A stretch of 32,000 bases of DNA from Nanobdella aerobiophila (GTDB taxonomy: Archaea; Nanobdellota; Nanobdellia; Nanobdellales; Nanobdellaceae), in assembly GCF_023169545.1 (NCBI RefSeq), contig NZ_AP019769.1, positions 330,001 to 362,000 of the forward strand. Reading direction: 5' to 3'. Under the pieces are notes generated by a model. The model made no database searches, was not told the DNA's origin, and worked only from the letters and a program-made list of their open reading frames with translations. The translations under genes were made by a program, and so were the position numbers. Below are positions 1 to 8,295 of this stretch, piece after piece (positions within the stretch are counted from its first letter, which is position 1; every line of letters starts with the position of its first letter).

Positions 1-203
1 TATCGTTATCCGACATATATTATTCTGAATATTATACCATTATTAGCATTTTATAATTTTATATTTAAATAATCATGATAAAATCATTGAATATTTATAT
101 AATTATTTGTATTTTTAATAGATATGAAAAATCATAGTATTTAACAAGAAAAAATATTTTATAGGTAAAAATTTTAATATTAATATTTAACTAAATTAAA
201 AAA

Positions 204-893
204 CTAATATTGATAATATACTAGCCTTTTTAAAGGATGGTCTGATATGCCACCCAATAGTATAGGTTTATATCCTATACCGTCTATAAGCATTTTATAA
301 CCGAATTCATCTTTTTCTATCCTTGCTAATCTGTACTCAATATGATATGGTTGAGCTAAGGAATCTATTTTAGTTAAGGGAGTTACATTAGTTAATGCAT
401 ATGCTCCCTTCTTCTCAATTGCCGTTTCAACTAATTCACTCCTATATTTGGATTTTTGATCATTAAGATTTGAAGTTATATATTCTAGATCACTTCTTTT
501 TAATAATACTCCATATTTTAGTTTACCTGTATCTCTATCTGCGAATCCAATAACAAAAGCTCCCCTTTTCTCAGGATCGTGATATTCTTCTATTTTAAAA
601 GACATCTTGCTGATATCAGTAATCTTGTAATTATCACTATTTAAAGGATCTTGTCCAAAATATATTTTTAAATCTTTGAGAGCTCCTGGAATTTCTTTAA
701 ATCCTTGCCTTCCATAATATTCACCAATTTTTCCACCACCTACTGTCGTACAATCCTCGTATTTTTGTAAATCTTCAATAGATCTAAGACCTCCATATAG
801 ATGTTTTTCTAATAGTCTAACACATTCCTCAGTACTGTATCCTTTTATAACTCTTCCTACTAGAATGGTATCAAGTGTTTTGTCACTGACCAT
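204..893 (-). CDS. hypothetical protein (family not recognised)
   Basis: An uninterrupted 229-codon ORF in a background where random frames close quickly. The composition looks globular (GGGKIGEYYGRQGF, GGISDHPLKR). I recognise no motif. Confidence 0.5.
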   Translation of the reverse strand: MVSDKTLDTILVGRVIKGYSTEECVRLLEKHLYGGLRSIEDLQKYEDCTTVGGGKIGEYYGRQGFKEIPGALKDLKIYFGQDPLNSDNYKITDISKMSFKIEEYHDPEKRGAFVIGFADRDTGKLKYGVLLKRSDLEYITSNLNDQKSKYRSELVETAIEKKGAYALTNVTPLTKIDSLAQPYHIEYRLARIEKDEFGYKMLIDGIGYKPILLGGISDHPLKRLVYYQY

Positions 894-1133
894 AAGGTAA
901 TATTAATCAAAAAATTTATAAATATTTCTATAGTTTTAAATAATCCTTATATAAAAATTTTATAATCTTAGAATCTAAGTCCAAATTTTTCAATAATATA
1001 TCTATAACTTATTAACTTTTTTAATTTATTTATTTGTTTAAATATTTATCATAATATAAATAATTCATATTGAAAAAATTGGATTTAACCTAAATATCAT
1101 TATAATATATATAGAGATTTAATAATAAAAATA

Positions 1134-3701
1134 TTAGATTGTTTCTATCAGAATTTTAGAACTTTTCTTATCTATCACATCTAGATCTATCTCAAATATA
1201 TTATTATATTTATCTATTAATATTATTTTAGAATTAAGTATAATTACATTTCCTCTACCCATAGTATATACAAACATAGGTCCTTTATCAGTTAATAGAT
1301 CCCACTCTAACTGATCCCCTTTTATATTTATCTTGTTTATTTTATTAACTTTGAATATTAAACTATTATATTTTAAAGCATTCTCCAATATCCTTTTATA
1401 ATCAGGATCAAGTTTTGTATAATCTTCTAATAGAAATATTTCGTTTCCTTCTTCATCATAAAATCCAATAAATTTTGGATTTGTAATTGGAAATAACATC
1501 TTAGGCATTAGCTCAATATATTTTTTTCCATCATATGTTATATCTACCCTACTGGGTCTAGTAGATGGTTCTATAATAATATTATCATTTATTAAATTTA
1601 ATTTATTTTTATTACCTTTTATTTCTCTTGAAAAAACATTCTCTTCATTAATCTGTTCTCTAAACATTTTATAAAATTCTCCTTTTATATTTAATAATTC
1701 TTGTGGATTACCTTCCTCTACTAATTTCCCATCATCTAATACGATTACCTTATCAGCATTCATAACCTCATGCACATTATGTGTTATCATTATAACTGTT
1801 TTATTATGAGACGCATTAATCATAGCTTCATATACTTCTCTTTCACTCATTACGTCTAAATTTGATGTTGCTTCATCAAATATTAATATATCGGGATCTT
1901 TTATCATAGCTCTTGCGATACTTATTCTTTGTCTTTGTCCTCCAGATAAGAATGTACCCCTCTCTCCTAAAATAGTATCATATGCAAATGGTAACCTAAT
2001 AATTTCATCGTGAATATTTGCTATTTTACAAGCTTTTATAATTTCTACTTCATTTATATTATTTGACCCGTATGCTACATTGTAACCAACTGTTGTATCA
2101 AATAATACTACTTCTTGTGGCACATAGGATATCCTTTTTCTTATGTAATTAAGGTCAATATCTTTTATATTGATACCGCCTATTAATACAGATCCTTCAT
2201 TTACGTCATAAAATCTTAGAAGTAATTTAGCAATTGTACTTTTTCCAGAACCACTTTTGCCAACTATAGCTACTTTTTCTCCGGGTTTTATAGAGAAGCT
2301 AATATTACTTATTACCGGAAAATAAGGATCATAACCAAATGTTACATTATCTAATTTAATTTCCGCTGGCATATCTGGAATTTTCGGATTTTCTGGATTT
2401 ACTATTTGTGGTTTAACCTCTAATATCTCTCTTATTCTTTCGGCAGATGTTAAAGATTGCTGAATGAATGGCAGAACATTACTTAAATTATTTATAGGCC
2501 CATAAAATTGCGATATGTATGCTATGAATGCTGTTATTACACCAAGCTCTATGATACCAGATAATACTTCATGTCCTCCAATCCACCATATAATTACTGT
2601 AGACAAATTTACTATAAACCCCATTATAGGCCAATAAAGTGAATTCATATTATTTATAGCACTACTTGATTCATATAACTTATTTAGCATTTCTTTTAAT
2701 TTTTTTGATTCATATAGTTCTTTTGAAAATGATCTTACTATTAAATAGTTGGGAATAGTATCATTTACTTTTGAAGTTATATCTGCACTTCTTCTCCAGT
2801 TCCTATGATATAATCTATGTGACTTCCTCCTATACTTTATTATCATATAAATAGTTACTGGAACTGGAATAAGTATAAAAATTGCTAAAGTTGAACTTAA
2901 TGTAAATAGTATTATACCTATACCAATAATTGTAAAGAAATTAGTTGCTAATGTTGGTATACCCCAGACTAACAACCAGTTTGTATTACCAGCATCTGTA
3001 GTTAATCTAGATAATATCCTACTAGGAGAAACCTTTTCTATAAAAGAATAATCATGCATCATAACATGTTCATATAACAAACCCCTTAGATCATTTATTA
3101 TCTTAGAACCTAGATTATTCAATATCCTACTTTGTAATGATGAAACAATGGCTAAAGTAAGATAAGACAAAGTTAAAAATATAATTATAATTTCAAATAA
3201 AGAAGAAGGATGTGTTCTTGACAATAAAACACCATCTATCAATATTTTAAGTAAATATGGTGGTACTAAATTTAATCCAGTAGAAGTTAAAGATAATAGT
3301 GCTCCTATTATCATAATTTTTCTATATTTAACAGAGATACTAAATAACCATTTTAAAGTACTCATACTAACTTTTGAATTTTCCTCATCTTCTTCATTTT
3401 GAATATCTATATTTTGATTTTTATTAAAAGCATCTGAAATTTTTTTAAAAACTTTTTCTTTATTTCTAGTAAAGTATCCTACTTCTATTTTTCCATTGCC
3501 TGTTACTGCTACTAATTTTCCTACAGATATACCAGTTTCTATGTATAATTTTTTTACATCAATAACCCTAAAAAGCTCTTTTTGATCTGAATTATATACA
3601 ATAATATCTTTATTATCTATTTTTATAATCTGTTTATTTAAATTTAGATCTCGGTCTAAATCTGTTTCTATAGTTATAGAAGAATAAGAATCACTCTTCA
3701 T
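1134..3701 (-). CDS. ABC exporter, fused permease/ATPase (type I exporter fold) with extra N- and C-terminal soluble domains
   Basis: 855 aa. A multi-helix TMD is followed by an NBD with Walker A GKSGSGKST, signature LSGGQRQRISIARA, Walker B ILIFDEATS and H-loop MITHN. There is an extra ~110-aa N-terminal domain (nt ~3366-3701). An extra ~170-aa C-terminal domain (nt ~1137-1649) resembles DUF1854 (LFPITNPKFIGFYDEEGNEIFLLED...EWDLLTDKGPMFV...). Confidence 0.9.
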   Translation of the reverse strand: MKSDSYSSITIETDLDRDLNLNKQIIKIDNKDIIVYNSDQKELFRVIDVKKLYIETGISVGKLVAVTGNGKIEVGYFTRNKEKVFKKISDAFNKNQNIDIQNEEDEENSKVSMSTLKWLFSISVKYRKIMIIGALLSLTSTGLNLVPPYLLKILIDGVLLSRTHPSSLFEIIIIFLTLSYLTLAIVSSLQSRILNNLGSKIINDLRGLLYEHVMMHDYSFIEKVSPSRILSRLTTDAGNTNWLLVWGIPTLATNFFTIIGIGIILFTLSSTLAIFILIPVPVTIYMIIKYRRKSHRLYHRNWRRSADITSKVNDTIPNYLIVRSFSKELYESKKLKEMLNKLYESSSAINNMNSLYWPIMGFIVNLSTVIIWWIGGHEVLSGIIELGVITAFIAYISQFYGPINNLSNVLPFIQQSLTSAERIREILEVKPQIVNPENPKIPDMPAEIKLDNVTFGYDPYFPVISNISFSIKPGEKVAIVGKSGSGKSTIAKLLLRFYDVNEGSVLIGGINIKDIDLNYIRKRISYVPQEVVLFDTTVGYNVAYGSNNINEVEIIKACKIANIHDEIIRLPFAYDTILGERGTFLSGGQRQRISIARAMIKDPDILIFDEATSNLDVMSEREVYEAMINASHNKTVIMITHNVHEVMNADKVIVLDDGKLVEEGNPQELLNIKGEFYKMFREQINEENVFSREIKGNKNKLNLINDNIIIEPSTRPSRVDITYDGKKYIELMPKMLFPITNPKFIGFYDEEGNEIFLLEDYTKLDPDYKRILENALKYNSLIFKVNKINKINIKGDQLEWDLLTDKGPMFVYTMGRGNVIILNSKIILIDKYNNIFEIDLDVIDKKSSKILIETI

Positions 3702-3862
3702 ATTTTCAAAATTTTTATTAATATATTTATAAATTATTTATTACTTTCAAGATCATTAATTTAAATTTTATTATCTAAAATTAATCTATCAAAACTACAC
3801 TACATAGATAAATCTTTTATATATTGAATCTATATTATTGATACACTTATTAATATTATTAA

Positions 3863-4219
3863 TACAGTATTTATTTAATATATTTTCTAAAATCTTTCCT
3901 AATCTATAACTTTCTCTTCTTTCATCCCTCCAAAGATACGATATAATATATTATTATTTATATATCACCACATACAGGATCATCTTCAAATTGGATATGT
4001 GTATATTATTTATCAAGTATTAATTTAGAAGGTAATGTATCTATTCCATTGAGTACTTTTATACTAGATTCATTAAATTATTCAAAAAATGTATTTAAGA
4101 ATTTTAATGAATATAATTATTATTTAGATGTTATACAAATAGGTATGGAATTTAATGATATTAATGGAACTGTAAATCTAGGATATAAGTTATATAATTG
4201 GAATTTTATTTTTCAATAA
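3863..4219 (+). pseudogene. possible 3' remnant of a secreted-protein gene (stop-to-stop ORF without a usable start)
   Basis: My manual translation gives a 118-codon open frame ending at TAA 4217-4219. Its only Met is near the end. The C-terminal part looks protein-like (GSSSNWICVYYLSSINLEGNVSIPLSTFILDSLNYSKNVFKNFNEYNYYLDVIQIGMEFNDINGTVNLGYKLYNWNFIFQ). This is weak evidence in AT-rich DNA. Confidence 0.25.
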
Positions 4220-4220
4220 A

Positions 4221-4652
4221 TTATATTTTTTCCCATTCTTCTATATCTCCTTCAATTATATAAAATATTGGATGTACTTCTATATTTTTTATATCTCTAA
4301 ATTCTTCATATCTTTTAATATCTCTATTTTTTAATTTTTTTAATAAATGATTAAATTCATAATTTACTTGTTCTTTTGTTACTGGTATTTTACTTATATT
4401 TAAATCATATTTCAATATTTTAGAAAGATCAAAATTATAATTTCTATTTTTTCCTTCTAAATATATATAATATAAGTAAGTTCCTATATATAATAATGGA
4501 TTATTTAATCTTTTAAATCTGATTAATTGGGGATGATTTTTATATCCTTTTGTTAAACCTTGTAAAACTTTCTGAGCCAATAATGTTTCTCTCCATACAC
4601 CTAATAATCCTTTTGTATCGAGATATTTTGGACTAATTGACCATATTCTCAT
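4221..4652 (-). CDS. pyrimidine dimer DNA glycosylase / endonuclease V family protein
   Basis: The N-terminal block MRIWSISPKYLDTKGLLGVWRETLLAQKVLQGLTKGYKNHPQLIRF matches the conserved N-terminus of the prokaryotic pyrimidine-dimer glycosylase family as I remember it. The size (143 aa) is appropriate. Confidence 0.85.
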   Translation of the reverse strand: MRIWSISPKYLDTKGLLGVWRETLLAQKVLQGLTKGYKNHPQLIRFKRLNNPLLYIGTYLYYIYLEGKNRNYNFDLSKILKYDLNISKIPVTKEQVNYEFNHLLKKLKNRDIKRYEEFRDIKNIEVHPIFYIIEGDIEEWEKI

Positions 4653-4682
4653 AAAAATATACTTATAAAGAATATATAAAAA

Positions 4683-5290
4683 ATTATGATAATATTTTTA
4701 TATTTGGATTATTTGAGTTTCCTATTGCTATCCATGAATAAGAATTTTCATCTGGACTACATGTAGAAGAAATGTATATATAATATGGTGTTAAAAAGTT
4801 ATAGATGTTTTGATTATCATCAACATAAGCACTATCGCCGTAATAGTCCATTACACTATCAATTTGAGTATTATCATACTCCTGGCTACTGAATATTATA
4901 TACCTGTAGAACCAAGAGGAGAGAATACAAATCTATAATATGTTGAATATCTAGGATATAAAATACTACCTGGACAAGATTGCTCCCACTAGCTTCTCGA
5001 ACATCTACTGCAGAACCATCGCAGTATTTTGGATTTCTACTTATAAATATTGAATAATATCGTACAACCATTATATAAAACTAATGAATTATTAGATATT
5101 GTATATTTAAAATTATTATTTAGTATAGTATAATCTGAACTTGTAGAGATATTAGATAAATTATAAAAATCATCGAATATCAGATATAGACTATCTTCTT
5201 GATTCTGACCATTTGAAGGATATATGGAACTTTAACCAAAAACAATTTATAGCATAATATGGTAATTATTGCAAGAATTTGATATATTAT
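4683..5290 (-). pseudogene. frameshifted remnant of a secreted/membrane-anchored protein gene
   Basis: Manual minus-strand translation gives four consecutive protein-like segments in different frames. They are a hydrophobic anchor (YKIIYQILAIITILCYKLFLVK), then IYPSNGQNQEDSLYLIFDDFYNLSNISTSSDYTILNNNFKYTISNNSLVLYNGCTILFNIYK*, then the listed 61-aa ORF, then SQEYDNTQIDSVMDYYGDSAYVDDNQNIYNFLTPYYIYISSTCSPDENSYSWIAIGNSNNPNIKILS* (stop at 4683-4685). There is no ATG upstream of the anchor. Confidence 0.45.
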
Positions 5291-5429
5291 TTTGTAAGAA
5301 TCTGATGAATCGGATTATAATTATTTACTTCGTTATTATCAGAAGTTTCATTTTTATAATTATTTATATTATTAGAATAATATAATTTTTCCCATCACAT
5401 CTAATATATTTTAAAGAAGTATAAAAATA

Positions 5430-5948
5430 TTATATTCTAAATATATTATTCCATATTTTATTCTTAAATATTAAAAATTGATAAATAATTAATATATCTC
5501 TGGCTCTTTTATAATTAGGATAGTATTTTGATACATGATTCCAAAACTTTTTATTATGATTAAAATATAATAAATGAGATAATTCGTGAATAATTATATA
5601 ATCTAATATATTATCTGGGATCGATATTAATCTTATAGAAAAATTTAAATTTCTTTTCGACGAACAACTACCCCAAACATATTTTGAACTCCTTATATAT
5701 ACTTTTGAATATTCTAAATTCATAATCTTGGACCAATAATTTAATTTATAAATTATATCCTTTTTTAATATATCTTTTAGATATTTTTTAAATGATTTGT
5801 AATTTTTAATATAAATATAACCTGTATCTATTTTATTTTTATTTGAATGTTTTAGGTCGAAGAACATCCCTTTATATATAAATTTTTTACTATGGTTTTT
5901 ATTATATTTATTTACCAAATATAATATATTTCTAATTGATTTATTCAT
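5430..5948 (-). CDS. YgjP-like (DUF45, M48-related) zinc metallohydrolase
   Basis: The segment KYVWGSCSSKRNLNFSIRLI...LDYIIIHELSHLLYFNHNKKFW shows the WGSC block plus HExxH followed by NH..FW, which is typical of the DUF45/YgjP family. Length is 172 aa. Confidence 0.8.
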   Translation of the reverse strand: MNKSIRNILYLVNKYNKNHSKKFIYKGMFFDLKHSNKNKIDTGYIYIKNYKSFKKYLKDILKKDIIYKLNYWSKIMNLEYSKVYIRSSKYVWGSCSSKRNLNFSIRLISIPDNILDYIIIHELSHLLYFNHNKKFWNHVSKYYPNYKRARDILIIYQFLIFKNKIWNNIFRI

Positions 5949-6032
5949 CCTATAATTACATTGTAATTTAATCTTTAAATATAAAAATTAATAATATTTT
6001 TTAATCTTTAGGTGCATATAATATCTATGCTA

Positions 6033-6130
6033 CCGGGCGTAGCTCAGGCCTGGTAGAGCGGCCGGCTGTAGTGTAAATATCCGGCCTCGCAGAGACCGGC
6101 AGGTCGTGGGTTCAAGTCCCACCGCCCGGA
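6033..6130 (+). tRNA. tRNA-Tyr (anticodon GTA) with a 23-nt intron at the canonical 37/38 position (intron 6072-6094)
   Basis: The cloverleaf was built by hand. The acceptor stem is ccgggcg/cgcccgg (7 perfect bp, C1-G72) with discriminator A at 6130. The D arm is gctc-aggcctggta-gagc. The anticodon stem is gccgg (6061-65)/ccggc (6096-6100), and the loop is c-t-GTA-g|intron|a. The variable region is aggtc and the T arm is gtggg-ttcaagt-cccac. No CCA is encoded. Confidence 0.9.
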
Positions 6131-6145
6131 CTTTTATTCTTTTTG
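6131..6145 (+). terminator. oligo-T tract directly after tRNA-Tyr (cttttattctttttg)
   Basis: Archaeal transcription commonly terminates on oligo-T runs, and two T-runs begin 1 nt after the discriminator base. T-runs are common in this genome, so confidence is low. Confidence 0.3.
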
Positions 6146-6160
6146 TATAAATTAATATAA

Positions 6161-6921
6161 ATGATAAAGATGATATTAATTCCATCAACATTTACTGGAG
6201 AAAAAAAGGATAATATTAATATCGCAATTAGCAAGATCAATTGTTAACTTTGGGATAAATGAGATAGGAATATATTATGATAATGATCCAAAGTTTGATT
6301 CTCATGGCTTGGGTAGATTTTTATTAAAGGTATTAAAATACTTACATACACCACCATATATTAGAAAAATAGCTTTTCCTTTAGATAAATCATTAAAAGA
6401 TATAGGTATATCTTTTCCCATAAATAGTTATTATCATAAAGATAGATCTAGATATGAATATGTATATATATTAAAAAGAGAGAATAATAAATTATTAGTT
6501 ACAGATGGAGAAAAAGAATTTTATATAAATATTAAGAGAAAATATAAAAATACAAATGTATTAATTTATGATAAAAATAAAAAAGAATTAATATATCCTT
6601 ACGAAACTGAATATTACTTCGGTTATGAAGCTTTTTATTATAATAAACCACTATTGGATTTAATAAATAAGTTAAAAAAAGAGGGTTTTATATTATAGGA
6701 ACATCTAGATATGGAGAAAATATAAGAAATATTAAAATTGGAAAAAAGATAAAATTGCAATAGTATTTGGATCTTTTGCTAGAGGAATAGAAGATATAAT
6801 AAATAATTGGAAAGATATTTTTGATATAACCATAAATATTTGTCCTGATCAAAAGTTAGAAACTATAAGAACAGAAGAAGCAGTTTACTACACCTTATCA
6901 ACACTATATTACTATCTATAA
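6161..6921 (+). pseudogene. SPOUT-class RNA methyltransferase (DUF171 / Methyltrn_RNA_3-like) interrupted by three frameshifts
   Basis: There are four consecutive open segments in frames 2,0,2,1. Segment 1 is MIKMILIPSTFTGEKK. Segment 2 runs RIILISQLARSIVNFGINEIGIYYDND...LKYLHTPPYIRKIAFP...LINKLKK and includes the listed ORF 6309-6698. Segment 3 is RGFYIIGTSRYGENIRNIKIGKK. Segment 4 is DKIAIVFGSFARGIEDII...NICPDQKLETIRTEEAVYYTLSTLYYYL*. The blocks IPS..., ARS..F.+.EI.IY, E/TPxYxRK..FP, IGTS..G, (I/L)VFGS..GL and RTEEA match the DUF171 SPOUT family. The frame changes fall within 6180-6238, 6671-6698 and 6736-6761, and each interval contains an A-run (A7 6201-6207, A7 6674-6680, A6 6742-6747). 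Confidence 0.7.
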
Positions 6922-6962
6922 ATATAATAAAAATATAAATTTTAGTAATCATAAAAATAACA

Positions 6963-8294
6963 ATGAAAAATACTAAAATAATAGCAACTATAGGACCTTC
7001 TACAATAGATAAAATAAAGGATATAGACAAGTATGTAGATATATATAGAATAAATTTTTCTCATGGAGATAAAAAAAGCCATAAAGAATATTTCGATAAA
7101 ATAAGGGAGAATAGCGAAAAACCAATACTAGTAGATCTACCAGGACCTAAGATAAGGATAGGAAATATAAAAGATAAAATTATTTTAAAGAAAGGAGACA
7201 AAATAATATTCTCACAAAATGACGGAGTGCCAGTAGAGGAAGAGATATTTTATAATATAGTAAAACCTGGAACAGATATATATTTATCTGATGGGGATAT
7301 TAAAGTACATATTGATAAAGTAGAGGATCACAAAGTTGAAGGAACAATATTAGATGGTGGTATATTAACATCAAAAAAAGGAATAAATATTCCAGATATA
7401 AATTTACCTTCTGGAATTACAAAAAAAGATATAGAACTATTAAAAGATGGATTAAAACTTGGAGCAGATTATTTTGGATTATCTTTTATATTAAATAAAG
7501 ATGATATATTAAAAGTTAAAGATATAGTAAAGGATAGAGCATGGATAATATCAAAAATAGAGACTCAAAAAGCGATGAATGATCTAGAAGAAATTATAAA
7601 AGTTTCTGACGGAGTAATGGTAGCTAGAGGAGATTTAGGTGTAGATATAGGATTTACAAATCTTATATTTGCTCAAAAGAGGATCATAGAGTTATCTAGA
7701 ACATATGGAAAGCCAGTAATATTAGCAACACATGTATTAGAGTCTATGGTAAATAATTCCGTTCCAACAAGAGCAGAGATAATAGACGCCTCAAATTCTG
7801 TATTAGAAGGAGTAGATGCCATAATGTTAAGTGATGAAACGGCAATAGGAAATAATCCAATAGATGCTATAGAAATGCTAAATGATATTATAGTAAATGT
7901 AGAAAAAAATATAAAAAGTATAAGGCCACCTATTAATGATTATAATGATTCTATTGCATTAGCAACTATAGATGCTGCAGAAATATCAAAATCAAAATTA
8001 ATAATAGTATATAGTAGAACAGGAAGTTCAATAATAAGAATATCAAGGTTAAGACCTAGTATAAATATAATAGGATTAACTCCAAATAAGAATCTATTAA
8101 AAAAATTAAATATATTATATGGTGTATATCCAATATTAGAAGATAGAAATTTAAGTTCTATATCAGAAATAGTTGATTATTGTAGAAAATTGTCTAAGGA
8201 ATATATAGATAGAGGAAACATAATTATTGTAGGAGGCGATCCAAAGTCTAAATTAGGTAAAACAGATTTTCTAAAGATCGAAGAGATTGATTAG
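6963..8294 (+). CDS. pyk: pyruvate kinase
   Basis: Motifs TKIIATIGPST, RINFSHGD, VDLPGPKIR, VMVARGDLGVDIG and IMLSDETAIG are present, with full-length colinearity (443 aa). Confidence 0.95.
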   Translation: MKNTKIIATIGPSTIDKIKDIDKYVDIYRINFSHGDKKSHKEYFDKIRENSEKPILVDLPGPKIRIGNIKDKIILKKGDKIIFSQNDGVPVEEEIFYNIVKPGTDIYLSDGDIKVHIDKVEDHKVEGTILDGGILTSKKGINIPDINLPSGITKKDIELLKDGLKLGADYFGLSFILNKDDILKVKDIVKDRAWIISKIETQKAMNDLEEIIKVSDGVMVARGDLGVDIGFTNLIFAQKRIIELSRTYGKPVILATHVLESMVNNSVPTRAEIIDASNSVLEGVDAIMLSDETAIGNNPIDAIEMLNDIIVNVEKNIKSIRPPINDYNDSIALATIDAAEISKSKLIIVYSRTGSSIIRISRLRPSINIIGLTPNKNLLKKLNILYGVYPILEDRNLSSISEIVDYCRKLSKEYIDRGNIIIVGGDPKSKLGKTDFLKIEEID

Positions 8295-8295
8295 T

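Noticed and set aside
1-16. A possible minus-strand gene start (ATG at 16-14, MSDND...) running off the left edge. Similarly, a possible gene end after 31936 at the right edge.
   Set aside because: Only a few codons are visible, so neither can be supported.
967-979. A perfect 13-nt palindrome cttaga-a-tctaag in the spacer upstream of the 204-893 gene.
   Set aside because: It is too short to be distinguished from chance. It cannot form a stable hairpin (1-nt loop) and has no second copy that I noticed. It is possibly a protein-binding site, but that is unsupported.
4981-5030. A locally GC-richer patch considered as a small structured RNA.
   Set aside because: It lies inside a protein-like frame segment of the pseudogene, and I could not build a convincing stem-loop.
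4886-5071. The 61-aa minus-strand ORF as an independent gene.
   Set aside because: It is better explained as one frame segment of the larger frameshifted remnant at 4683-5290. Its downstream half reads as low-complexity.
6096-6122. The 27-nt repeat of the tRNA-Tyr 3' part as an attachment-site duplicate of an integrated element.
   Set aside because: The only second copy (25731-25757) lies inside a complete, functional-looking tRNA-Asn gene 19.6 kb away on the other strand. No partial tRNA copy was seen near the decayed block.
6309-6698. The 129-aa ORF with a TTG start as an intact stand-alone gene.
   Set aside because: Family-specific sequence continues in other frames both upstream (from ATG 6161) and downstream (to TAA 6919-6921). 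It is therefore the middle segment of the interrupted SPOUT gene.
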